DNA from: Chlorokybus atmophyticus
Lineage: Eukaryota > Plantae > Mesostigma and Chlorokybus algae
DNA length: 64,000 nucleotides
Direction: 5' to 3'
Assembly (NCBI GenBank): GCA_009103225.1
Contig: RHPI01003614.1
Location: forward strand, 15,829-79,828
Part shown: in pieces, positions 11,442 to 24,221 of the stretch
Layout of the letters: each line of letters begins with the position of its first letter
Numbering within the stretch: position 1 is the first letter of the stretch
The notes under the pieces: generated by a model
Told to the model about the DNA's origin: nothing
Database searches by the model: none
What the model saw: only the letters and a program-made list of their open reading frames with translations
Translations under genes and position numbers: made by a program

Positions 11442-14400
11442 ATGTTGGCTGCCAGGTGTAGGGGGTTGGTCCCTCGGGCGGCCGTCTCGGCCAGGGCGGC
11501 GGTGGGGGCGGCGACGGGATGGAACACAGGCGTGGAGAGCACCTCCTACGCACCGTGGCAGCACCATCGGAGCAGGCGGGGCGTCACCGACCTCGCCGTC
11601 CTGGACGACGACCTGCACGCCCTTCCAGCTGAACTGCGCTCAGCCGATCTCAGAGTTACCTTAACAAACCAACCCCAGGTTTGCCTCTTTTGCTCACACA
11701 TTGGTTTCTAAGTTGCTCTGTCAATTTGGGTTCAACTGGATCTGTTGAGATTGTGTGGAATTGAAGTGATCATTTTGTCTCAGCCCAAGCCGCGGTTGGA
11801 GGATTTGAAATTTGGCAAGTACTTCACTGACCACATGATGGTGGCGGACTGGGTGGAGGGGTCAGGCTGGGGAAGACCTGAGATTCATCAACTCAAGCCA
11901 TTGGAGCTTCATCCTGCCTGCCAGGTGAGGGCAATGCCATCCTTGACATGATGTAGCGCGTGCGTGTGTAGGGGACGAAGTCANGTTGCTCCTATCTGTA
12001 AGCGATAATACGACAACAACAACAACAACAACAGGCAGCAAGCAAGCAGAGCGATGGTGAAGGAGCGACCGAAGCTGGTGCTGATCATACTGAGGGCGGG
12101 CACGCGCGATCAACCGATGAAGTTCTCAACACTGTGCATTCACAGGTGTGCAATTCACCAGACACACTTGTTATTCAGCCGCTTGCAGACGCTGACTTAC
12201 ATGTTGAAATGCAACCACAGTTTGAGGAGTGGGACTTGCGCAAAAAGGGCTACAGGCATCTCATGGCTTTCATGCTGTTCACGGCACTCTACTTCATTGT
12301 GCTGTTCATGCAAAGGTAAGCATACTGTTGTCCACAAAAAGCAAGAAAGGATTATCATCACAACATACTGGGTTTCTCATTACAGGGATGCCTCGATGGT
12401 TTATGGCGTCAACAGCACAATATCAACACTGCTTCCGAGCGATGACAGCGGCAACACCCTGACAGAGTTTCAAGACACGGACAGCGTACTCTCCTGGTAC
12501 GAACATCGTTCTGTCTTGCTGACAAATAACATCATCATCATCATCAACAACATCATCAGCAACATCAACAACATGTGTTCACAGGGTGAGGAGCATGCTG
12601 GCGGGCACGTTTACAAATCCAGTGTGTGGAGGTGGCGTGTGCGAGCGCCCATACGAGTTCAACGGCTACGGTCGCTTTGGTTGTCCAGAGGCAAGTTGGT
12701 TCACAAACATGTTGTTGTATTACAGGTGATTGAGTTGGTCATGTGGTCTGCTCAGGACTGTGGCTGGTCGAAATATCTTACTAATGTGACTGTGAAGTTC
12801 GGCTTCAACTTTCGTACCGCCTCCGACCAGTCACGCTCCTTCTGGAACCTGTGGTAAGCCATCAAGAACCTGCGTGCGTGTGCACGTGCGCGCGTGCCCC
12901 CAACACACACACACTTACATACACACACGTGCACAGATACAAACATTTTCACACAACGCAGGTGCTGCATTATGGCACGGAGTGCTTTGAAGGCATGAAG
13001 ATATATCACGGCGCAGACATGCGGCTGCGGCTTTTTCGGCCCGACATGAACCTGCAGAGGCTGTCAACATCTGCTGCGCGCTTGCGCTTACCCGAATTTG
13101 ATCAGGTAGTTGAAGTAGTAGCAGTAACAAACAAACACACATGCATACGCACACATTTGCCGTACGCTCACATATATATACATGCACAAAACACGCGCAC
13201 TTGCGCGGTTGTTTGTGCTTGCTGATGAGAGTGCTGTCTCCCCAAACAGGCAGAGCTGCTGGAGTGTTTGAAGCAGCTTGTGCGGGTGGACGCTTCATGG
13301 GTGCCGGACCGCGAGGGCTACGCCGTGTATGTGAGGCCGACGCTGGTGGGCACGACGCCGTGTCTCGGGGTCGCACCGCCCTCCCACGCAAAACTCTTCA
13401 TCATTCTCTCACCTGTCGGACCCTACTTTGCCAATGGTGGCCTCAACCCCGTGAAGCTGTTCCTGGACGAGCGCAATGCTCGTGCGTGGCCCGGTGGCGC
13501 AGGTACTACTGTCTGTGTGCATGCGCGTGTGTGCCTGTGCCCGTGCGCGTGTGTGTGCGCGTTTGTCTGTTTGTGCGCGTGTGTCTGTGTGCGCACGTGT
13601 GTGATAGTGTTGCTATGATGTGTTGACATGGCACATGCATTCAGGGTATGCCAAGATTGGCGGCAACTATGCACCGACAGTGCAGCCGCAGGTCAATGCT
13701 GCCCAGTACGGCTGCAGTCAAGTGATATATGTGCTTCAAACTCCAAGTACATGACACTCTCAAGCATCTGTTGCAGAAGCTTATGCCAGTTGCTAGCTTG
13801 TCTCAAGTGTTTCATCCATTCATGCAGATGGCGGATTCATCTCTGAGTCCGGTGCAATGAATCTGTTCTTCTTCCTGAAGTACGCCGACGGCTCACGTGA
13901 GCTCGTCACGCCCCCGCTTGACGGCACAATTTTACCTGGCGTGACACGTGATTCGGTGCTCGAACTCGCACGCTCGTGGGGCGAGTTCAACGTGTCGGAA
14001 CGGCCGCTCTCCCTTGATGAAGTAAGCACCTGACATGTTGTTGTGCTTGTGTCTGAAGCCCGAACAAAGAGTAGTGTCCATATACTAATGGATTGTACTG
14101 CAGCTTCTGGGTGCAATATCGGAGAACCGTCTGCTGGAGGCGTTTGGGACAGGAACCGCCTGTGTGGTGCAGCCGCTTAGCGGGGTTGCGCGGTTGAATG
14201 AAAACGGTAGCGTTGCGCAAATGACGGTCCCATTCCAAGCTGAGGCTGCACAATGGTGGCTCAAGCAGGTGAGAGGATTGAGGGCACATGCGTTTGGAAT
14301 TGAGTGACATGTTGTTGGGTGAGGTCAGAATGCTTACACATCATTGCTTGGGCAGATTGGTCGCGGCAACGATAATCAAACAGCAAAGCTCGCCCCGGGT

Positions 14401-14484
14401 GAGTCGTTGAGTGGGCGGCTGATGCGTGCTTTGATGGACATTCAGTATGGCATCACTCCGCACCCGTGGAGTGTGCCACTATGA
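11442..14484 (+). CDS. BCAT: Branched-chain amino acid aminotransferase (PLP fold IV) with putative organellar transit peptide
   Basis: Exons: MLAARCRGLVPRAA..., LKFGKYFTDHMM, VLHYGTECFEGMK, LFRPDMNLQRL, YVRPTLVGT, RAWPGGAG, YAKIGGNYAP (catalytic Lys), ESGAMNLFF, ILPGVTRDS, EAFGTGTACVV, and LMDIQYGITPHPWSVPL-TGA at 14484. Intron 2 contains the 11985-12897 duplication. Confidence 0.93.
11985..12897 (+). repeat. Apparently exact 913-bp copy of 17224-18136 (channel gene A exons and introns) inside BCAT intron 2
   Basis: Offset of 5239 bp with identical ORF translations in both places. The copy begins immediately after an N at 11984 and ends in a GC/GT microsatellite. Confidence 0.9.
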
Positions 14485-15229
14485 TGGCCATCTTCATGCA
14501 TAGAATTTTCATTGCCTTGTACATTAGTGGCGAGCTATTTGCGATGTATATAGATGCGATTGTGTGCGACAACTAGCTGCACACCATGTGTGCAGCTTGC
14601 GAGGTTGCTTCATATGAACGGAAGGCTACATTGGCTAGCATTGCATTGGTAGGCGCTTGCCTATGCTATACCAATGTGCAGATATGATTGTTTTTCAAAT
14701 GCGTCCACCCTACAGCTTGCCTATGTTGTCACTAGTGATTAACAACGACCATTTTAGCTTGCATTCTGCAAGAGTACACAACCAAGTGTTGTGGAATGCA
14801 ATTGCAGGCCACATGCTCCTTGCTGCAATCTGTTCGTTGTGGCACTACTTGTATAGGTGAGGTGCCGCTACTTGCTACCTCTTGCTGCCTTTCCTTGCTA
14901 GTTTGGCGTGCTGATGTGTCTTGGGGCCTGAGGCCGAGGCACTCAACACAGTGCCGCTTTTGCCATGGATGTGATCAACCACAAAACTGCAATTAGAGAC
15001 CACTCCAATCGACAACGCCTACCATTGCCATTGCTAGCCTAATGCGGTGATGTTGGTTGTAGGTGTATTGTGTTTATGTAAGTCACTTCCAGAGTCGTGC
15101 TACATCCTTGCAATTGCACAATGCGGCTCACATCATTATCCGCAGGCATGCATTCATTGCAATCAAGACCACCGATTGATGGCAATTAATTGAAGACTTG
15201 GACATGTGCATTAAAATAAAACAACACGA

Positions 15230-15973
15230 TACCCATAATCTATTGAGTCTTATTCACATTAAACTTGTACAACGTCAAGTTGTGAAACACGTTTGAGAAG
15301 CGCTCCTCTGCGTAGGCTCCACATATTTCATGATGCATTTGTAACATCCAATGAAAAGTGTACAAAAATTTGATGATTACATTAAGCCTGCGCATCTAAG
15401 CGTTGCATGCGTCGATATGTACACGTATGCACGCGCACGTATCCATAACGCGCTTCTGCGTATATAGTAACATTGCAAGCTTCAATATCAAGCATCGTGT
15501 TGTGAAAGACAATCGCAAGTAAGGGTGCGTATATTACAATCGCATGCTGCAATGGACTTGAGTGTAAATGTATTGTAAGAGCGGACGATAGGGCTCCGGG
15601 ACGGGGGGGGTACCCATAATCTATTGAGTCTTATTCACATTAAACTTGTACAACGTCAAGTTGTGAAACACGTTTGAGAAGCGCTCCTCTGCGTAGGCTC
15701 CACATATTTCATGATGCATTTGTAACATCCAATGAAAAGTGTACAAAAATTTGATGATTACATTAAGCCTGCGCATCTAAGCGTTGCATGCGTCGATATG
15801 TACACGTATGCACGCGCACGTATCCATAACGCGCTTCTGCGTATATAGTAACATTGCAAGCTTCAATATCAAGCATCGTGTTGTGAAAGACAATCGCAAG
15901 TAAGGGTGCGTATATTACAATCGCATGCTGCAATGGACTTGAGTGTAAATGTATTGTAAGAGCGGACGATAGG
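15230..15973. repeat. Tandem ~363-bp duplication (15230-15592 and 15611-15973) ending at an N
   Basis: Two apparently identical copies starting tacccataatctattgag, a G-rich 18-nt spacer, and an N at 15974. Probably an unmerged contig overlap. Confidence 0.9.
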
Positions 15974-16346
15974 NCACTCGCATTGTGTGGCTTATTATCC
16001 AAGCTTATTGTGAAGCGCTTCATGCAAGAGTCAAACGAGGGTGTAAATACCACAGTAACCACAAAGGTAATGCAGCAAAACTATACTCTTACATAGGCAT
16101 CTGATGACATCATTGGGGTGTGCGCGCGGACTCGGGTCGACCGATCCCGTTCCAGTCACATGCCACACCTGCGACATGTCCCACCTGAAACAACCCAACC
16201 GCACTTGCCGTGGCCCACGCCCACGCCCACACCGCCGCCGCCGCCGTGTTGCTGACAGGGGAGATGAGCGTCAGGAACAGCGCCAGCACGTGGTACAAGT
16301 GGTAAGTGTCGTCAAGGGGGGAATGACGTGGAACAAGTGACACTTG

Positions 16347-19300
16347 ATGGTAAGTGGGCGCTGGGCTGAGTACCTAGGCTTACACGCTGCACTTGCTTTG
16401 CTGCTGCTGCTAGCGCAACTGTGTTTGCCCTGCAAGTAGCAGCCTGCAATGCCAGCTGTCTGATGCTTAGAGTTGAGATGGCTGGTAAGCTGTGAGTGTT
16501 TTTCGGTCGTCAGCTGGTCGGCAAGCTTGTTCAAAGTCCATCGTAAGCTTTGCTTGCCAGGGCGAGAGCAACATTTCAACATCACACAACAACAAACCAT
16601 CAACAGCAAGTCTATGCTGCGTGTTGCGTTAAAGTTGGTTATCAAAGCATTGATGATTGTTTATGCCTGCATCACAGGCCTTGACTATGGCTTGCAAGCA
16701 AGTACCTCAGTGAAGCAGGTCCATCAACTGCGACGCCAGCATGGCTGCAGCAGCCAGCTGCACTGCCATTTTCGTGACGCTGCGGCGAAATTTTGCTAGA
16801 AGACAGCTCACCAACCACGGCGCAACCGCTTTGAAGGTGCGTATGCGCAATGCTTGCATGGGAAGTGCAATTGCATGCACAATCACTCCGTTGACAGCAA
16901 TAACAGTTGCAATCACAATGATAATGACAGCAACAATCAATGCCAACAGCAGCACAACAGTACTGACAGCAGCAACTTGCTATCGCTGCTGTATTGCTGT
17001 TAGCAACGCTGTTGCTGGTTGGTGTTGGTGTCGTTATTTTGGCTTCATTGTTGTTGCTGTGGATGCAGCTTTTGTTGTCGTTGTCTTCTTGGTTGTGACA
17101 TAAGAAAAGTACGCAGCCACAACACAACACCACTGCTGTTGTTGGTGTAGCGGTTATCATTGCGTCATCTGCGTCTTCATTGCTATTGCTGTCACCGCCG
17201 TAGTTGTCGTTGTGGCTGTCGTGGTTGCTCCTATCTGTAAGCGATAATACGACAACAACAACAACAACAACAGGCAGCAAGCAAGCAGAGCGATGGTGAA
17301 GGAGCGACCGAAGCTGGTGCTGATCATACTGAGGGCGGGCACGCGCGATCAACCGATGAAGTTCTCAACACTGTGCATTCACAGGTGTGCAATTCACCAG
17401 ACACACTTGTTATTCAGCCGCTTGCAGACGCTGACTTACATGTTGAAATGCAACCACAGTTTGAGGAGTGGGACTTGCGCAAAAAGGGCTACAGGCATCT
17501 CATGGCTTTCATGCTGTTCACGGCACTCTACTTCATTGTGCTGTTCATGCAAAGGTAAGCATACTGTTGTCCACAAAAAGCAAGAAAGGATTATCATCAC
17601 AACATACTGGGTTTCTCATTACAGGGATGCCTCGATGGTTTATGGCGTCAACAGCACAATATCAACACTGCTTCCGAGCGATGACAGCGGCAACACCCTG
17701 ACAGAGTTTCAAGACACGGACAGCGTACTCTCCTGGTACGAACATCGTTCTGTCTTGCTGACAAATAACATCATCATCATCATCAACAACATCATCAGCA
17801 ACATCAACAACATGTGTTCACAGGGTGAGGAGCATGCTGGCGGGCACGTTTACAAATCCAGTGTGTGGAGGTGGCGTGTGCGAGCGCCCATACGAGTTCA
17901 ACGGCTACGGTCGCTTTGGTTGTCCAGAGGCAAGTTGGTTCACAAACATGTTGTTGTATTACAGGTGATTGAGTTGGTCATGTGGTCTGCTCAGGACTGT
18001 GGCTGGTCGAAATATCTTACTAATGTGACTGTGAAGTTCGGCTTCAACTTTCGTACCGCCTCCGACCAGTCACGCTCCTTCTGGAACCTGTGGTAAGCCA
18101 TCAAGAACCTGCGTGCGTGTGCACGTGCGCGCGTGCGCGCGTGCATGCGTGCATGCGTGTATGCATTCGTGCGTGTGCAGGTCGGTGCGTACGCATGTGT
18201 GCGCGTGTGTTTGCTCATGTGCGCGTGCGCGCGTGTGTGTTGCAACATAGTCTCACATGTTGTGCAGTGCCCCAGAGGACTGTTCCTTGGCCTCCATGTC
18301 AGACCCCAACACCAGTTGCTGGTAAATTTCACGGCTTTGACGGTCCGCTGTGTATGCAACATCATCAGGCCCTAAACCAATTTCGTGTGCACAGGTTCGG
18401 TACTCCTTACAACTTCTCGGCTGATGGTTTGACGGGGACGCAGACAACTAGTCTGTAAGCAAACTTTTCTTTTATCTTGTCCACTGGTGTGTATGCGTGT
18501 GATGAAAATGCAAACGGTCCATGCAACTGATGACTTACATTGCTATGACAGGTTCATGATTGATGGCAACTACACAGTCTGCTTGCTTGCTCCTGGTACG
18601 TTGAGGTTTGCTGAACCTTCTATCAATACAGCAAGCAGGCGACACAGTGCTTAGACTTTTGTTTACGTGTGCGTGTGCGTGTGCTTACGTGTGTCTGCCT
18701 GTCTTGCTTAGGTGGCGGAGTGAAGGGACAAGTCCAAATCTCACCCACAAATGTTACCGGCATCGCCGTGGGTAATGACATTGTGTTTGCATCCTATTTG
18801 CACCTCTTCACACAGTTCATCATGTTGACATACATCCACCATCGCAGGCATCGCGACAACAACCACGGTGTTGAAAGGGGATGCTGATTACGTTGACTTG
18901 AATGTGACAACCAACAGCGATGACTCTACGCAAGCCGTGATAGCGGCGAGTTGGCCGTATTGCGGTACCGCCATCACTCGCTGCCAGAAGATATGCACGC
19001 GTATCGCGGCGTGCTTCCTGCGTTGTCCCGGCAACGTCACGGCGAGCACGGACGACATCTACACGCGGTGCACGCAGGCACTGTGCACCACACGCTTCTT
19101 CCCCAGGGTCAACATCATCAGCAACCGCGAAATCTGCCTCATTGTAAGTGCTAGCACCGATCATGTTGGATGTGCTCGTTTGTTCAGGTCCGCACAGACC
19201 CAAGCACGCACGCGCACGCGCGCACATACACACGCACCCACATACACATGCGTGCACGCGCGCTCAAGGAAGCTCGCATACGCACGCACAGATTCACACA

Positions 19301-20779
19301 TACGCGCGCGTGCACAAACACGCACACACATACACACGTGATCAAACGCGTTAGCACGCAGACACATGTGCGCTCGCACACACACATGTCTTTTCGTAGG
19401 CGAGGCAGCCCATCCTGGAGTACTTGAACATTCCCGGCGCCAATGGGACACTTGAGAACCCTTCTGACCCGATGTACGGCTGTCCAGCGGCTTATTATGA
19501 CCGCATCAACTACCCGGGCCTCCGCCCAGACGGTAACGAGAGAATGTCATTGTTGTTGTGTTGAGAGCACGCAGAGACATGCTTCATTATGCGTGGGGGG
19601 GTTTAATGTGTCCTTCATTTGTTGCAGATTATTGCAGGGCACCTGTGGTGAACGGTGACCCAGCAGACTATTGCCAGTGGCAGAATGCGGGGGACTCCAT
19701 CTGCCAGTCCAGCTGCTTGTACCCCGAGTGCGGGAACGATTATCAAGTGAGTTGCACATGCTTGTTGGTGGATGTGCTCGTTGATGGCTCATCGCTTGAT
19801 GCCAACATGTATGAATGGTTTGGTGCTCAGGACTGCTGCTCGCTTGGGTGGCCTCTCAATGGCAATGGTATGTTGAATTGCTGCACGCACGCACGCACGC
19901 GCGCATGTCCATATGCACACGCGCTCGCTCGTACAAGTTTCTGTTGAGAGTGTTGAGAGACGTATCAAGGTTGAACAAAATCACCAACCATTCCCATTGT
20001 CCAGATTTGGCCTGCTGCAATCTGATGGCTAGCAGCAGCACCTCTCCCCTCTCCTTCCCTTTCGCCTTCAACAACTATCTCGACGACAACCTCACCACCT
20101 CCATCGAGTTCGACAACCAGCACACCGTGTACGACGTCGGACTCACCAACCGCATCCTCGCGGGCGTCCTGCTCCACACCACGAGGTACCGCGTCGACAA
20201 CTGCTCCGCGACAAGGTTCGCGAAACTATTGCCGGACGGGAGGTGCAGGTCGTGGGAGGCAGATGTTGAACCGTACGGCGCGGATCCGGGTGTGTTTTGC
20301 TGGTCTCCCTGTGCAGCTGTTGTGTTGAGCGCGTTACGTGCGTGCGTGCATGCGTGCTTGCTCGTGTGCATGAGTGCGCACAGGCACGCACTCGTGCTTC
20401 CATGAGTGCTTCCGTCTGCTAACCCCACAGTTATCTGATCTGTATCAGTGTTTCTGAGGAGCAGCAAGTTCTACACTGAGGCTGCAGCCAGGGATCCCCA
20501 TGACTATTACAGGCAAGTCAGCTGCAGCTGGTAGTTTCAGTATCATTGTGCACACATGAATACAATTGAAGCGAGGGGGTGCAAACCTAGTTTCATGAGC
20601 TGCATTGGTGTGTGTGTTATGCTTGATGTCATTATCATCATTCTCAATGCAAGGTTCTGGTTGCAGTGCGTCGGAGATCAACAGTCACGGGGTCCCGTAC
20701 GGCTTCTTCCCAATGCCTGCAGTGGTAAGAGAGCATAAAAATCGCCACTTCAACCAATGAGTGTGGTACACACGCACAG

Positions 20780-20811
<32 letters not shown>

Positions 20812-21826
20812 GCGATTGCATGCGTGAACACGCATGAACATCAAGTTCAGGTTCAGTTGCTCGCAGGAAAACTTCAGACCAGCGGGATTCCCTGCAGTGG
20901 TGGCGATTGATCTCGATGCAGGGGAGGCCGCACGGTGCGTGGTTGCTGTTTGGTTGATGCACAACATGTTTGTCAAGCACAACACACACATGAGCTTATC
21001 AACTGACAATACAGGTTTGTTGATTACCTTGAGGACGCGTTCTACATTGACGAAGTGCAAACCAAAGACCTCTACGTGCAGTTTGTCACATACAACGGTA
21101 GGGTGGGGTGGTACATCGTGTGTTGTTTTCGCGCAACGTCAACTTCTAGACTCACTCGCTTGTGTTTATGGCACACAGTTGTCCTGCAACTCTTCTCTAG
21201 TTATCGGGTCGTATTCAATTTCAACGATGGCGGGAGCATAGCAATCAACCCGTCTATAGTCACAGTATCTGTTGAGCACTACGACAGCGCTAGCGAGTAC
21301 TTCCGTGCGGTAAGTCCATTTCATACCCACACATCAATCTTATCCAAGTAGTCCAAGTAGTTGTCATGTGTCTGATCACACGCACACTCTTCTTCTATGC
21401 AGGCGCTAGAGGTGGTATTGCTGTTGTGCATAGCCGCAGAGGTTTACTTTGAGGGGTCGGACATATACCGCACGTGGGTGAAGACAGGGTCACTCCTCGC
21501 ACACTATTGCAGCTTTTGGAACTATGTTGATGCAGCCTCCATCGCACTACTCTTCACTGCCGTCATCACGTGGGTCACATTTGTCCTCAAGTACGCCAAT
21601 GGGTTCGACATGCCGGTCTTCTACAACATATACGCCGCAAATGGGACGGACCGCTTTGGGCCGCACGCGCTAAAGCTTGATGCGGATGGAAGAGGCATGC
21701 ATGACTTTGTGGCAATGCTCGCAGAAGTCAACACGCTCGTCACGTTGTGGCGCTTCTATCTCGCTGTCAACAGCATCAAGTACGCACACACGCACACACG
21801 CCGGCACGCACATGCACACGCACTCG

Positions 21827-21857
<31 letters not shown>

Positions 21858-23484
21858 GCACATGCGCGCGCACGTGACACATACTAACGTCAGTGTTTTG
21901 TTTCAGTATTGTCTTGATGTTGCTGAGAATCATCAAGTTATGTGACTTCCAACCGCGCATGGGCCTTCTCACGCGCACGCTCGACCGCGCCGCCATTGAG
22001 CTCTGCCACTTTTTCTTCGTCGCAATCCTTGTCTTTCTATGCTACGCCATGCTCGCTCTCATCGCCTTCGGTGGCACCATTCAAAACGTGAGTGTGGTAT
22101 GCAGAGTCATATGTGTTCTTGTCTTTGTCCTTGTCTACACCTCATGTCGTACAAACAAGCGCCTTTGTTGTTGTTTGCAGTTTTCGCAGCTATGGCTCGC
22201 CTGCGTGACTCTCTTCCAGATGTTGCTTGGCGACACTGATGTAAGATAACATGCAAGCATGTTGGGAAGTTGCGTGCTTGTCTTGTAGCCATCAACAAGC
22301 ATGGTAACAGTGACAACAATGACAACGTTGAGCGTTGTTGCAGGTGAACACCCAACTTATGCAGCAGTATGGGCTGCTGTACTTGGTCGGCGTCGTGTTC
22401 TTCTGGTCTTACATAATCCTCGTCTTCTTCATCCTTTTCAATTTCCTCATAGCCATCGTTATAGGTCAGTACCTGGATACAGATGGCTTGCACTAGTCCC
22501 CGACATGACGGCACTGAAACAGCATAAAAACACACGTTTCTGTTGATGCAGATGCGTTTGCCGATGTGAAGGCTGATGCAAAGACCACGCGCTCGATGGG
22601 TTATGAGCTGCTGTCCATAGTGATGGACAAGTGGCGTGCGTGCTGGCGCGATTATCTTCCGGATCGCCAAGTGTATATGTATCTGCGCAGGTTACTCAGG
22701 TCCCGCACGCCTGCCATATGTGACAAGGTACTGACAACAACACAACTCTCTGTAATGCTGTGCTGCTTACACCTCTATCTTGCACACATCAACATTATGT
22801 GTTATAACTCAATACGTAGGCTAGAGAAGCTGTTCCTGAGGATAAGTTGACTGTCGGAGAGATGACGTTGACAAAGGCAGAGTTGGCACATGTGTTGTTC
22901 AACGCTGGCGTGGACCAAGCCCCTTCACAGGTGGGTGCTGTTGTTAGTGAATTGTTGTGTTGTTAAGTCTCAACTTGCTATGTAGGCTATGGGTGGGTAA
23001 TGTCCATAATGTGCGTTGCTCGTGTCGCACAGAGAGAGGCTGATAACCCTCAAGCTATGGCGGGAGCCATGATATCTCGCATCAACCGGTTGCAACGCGC
23101 CAGCAAAGACACGGTGAGTTGTAATTGCTGGTGTTGTCACACTTGCTTACCAGGGTGGATTGCTTATTGAATTGAGTGTCCATTATTCAGAGTCCAGACC
23201 CGGCGGAGATACTAGAATCATGTTTGAAGAAGATCACCGATCAGTCGCAACAAATTGAGCGATTACAACAGCAACTATCCGCAATGCAGAAAGGCGTTGA
23301 ACCGATTGAGGCAGCAACAGCCACGGCGTCTGTGCGACAACAATCCGACATGCCTTATGGTGTGCTTGTGCAGTTGAATGCGCACGATGCCAACATTACT
23401 ACCATCGCTGCATCACCCCACCAAGTGGTGCCGGAACGACAAGCTAATCATGGTGATGATAAGCAGCGCAAAGAGGAACACTAG
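16347..23484 (+). CDS. Polycystin-2/TRPP-like cation channel, paralogue A, with Cys-rich extracellular region and LNR-like repeat
   Basis: TM1 GYRHLMAFMLFTALYFIVLFMQR, NPVCGGGVCERPYEFNGYGRFGCPEDCG, LNR-like CQWQNAGDSICQSSCLYPECGNDYQDCC, TOP-domain YGFFP and YLEDAFYIDEVQT, S1-S6 with FWNYVD, LRIIKLCDFQPRMGLLTRTL, pore FQMLLGDT, S6 FILFNFLIAIVIDAF, C-terminal coiled coil, TAG at 23484. The start (ATG-only first exon at 16347, exon 2 at 17274) is inferred from conservation with paralogue B. Confidence 0.88.
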
Positions 23485-23559
23485 AGTTTTTAGACTTGGT
23501 TTGTATCAACTGTAGTAGCCTTATAAAATAAGATGTGAGCCATGTGGAAGGTGTCATGG

Positions 23560-23563
<4 letters not shown>

Positions 23564-23639
<76 letters not shown>

Positions 23640-23650
23640 NAGAGAGAGAG
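23564..23650. repeat. (AG)n microsatellite containing an N
   Basis: About 43 AG units with an N at 23640. A further N run lies at 24007-24015. Confidence 0.97.
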
Positions 23651-24221
23651 GCCCTATGGCATGACTTGTACATCTTGTCAATGCTCATTATATTGATTTC
23701 ATCAATCCATCCCTACATTGTTTTACCCACCCCACCAACCCCTAAGCAGATGTACCTTCTGCATTTAGCGACTTGGTTTGCCTGTCACCAAATATGGGCA
23801 CCCTATATAAGGGCTTCCATTTATAGAATTTAGGCGGGGGCTGATATTGTAAGTACAGTGTCGTACCGACCTCGGTGGAGTCACCCTAAAATAAATTGTA
23901 ATACCCGGAAGCGTTGAGTTCTTAAGCTAGCAGAGTCCCCTCATGCCTATTCTACCCAAGCATTGAGGACTGTGTCTGGTCACCATCCCCTCCCCCCCCC
24001 CCGCCCNNNNNNNNNGCCCCCTTTCCTATTTTGTCTCTTGTTGAGATGCTCTCATATATGCACATCCTCAACAAGTAAAATTGATACGTTTTGCTTACAA
24101 CTTGGTTTGGGCTATGGTGTTATAAGTGCTATTGGGCGAAGCTCAATAGGTCACCTTGGCTCACAGCTCAGCTGCCATTACTAAGTACTTTTTACTTAAA
24201 CTTACTATCCAAACTTAGGTG

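Noticed and set aside
15230-15974. Tandem duplication as a biological repeat
   Set aside because: The copies appear identical and end at an N, which is the typical pattern of an unmerged contig overlap.
17293-18096. 267-aa ORF (and its copy at 12054-12857) as a standalone gene
   Set aside because: It is an off-frame read across exons and introns of channel gene A. The real protein comes from spliced exons in other frames.
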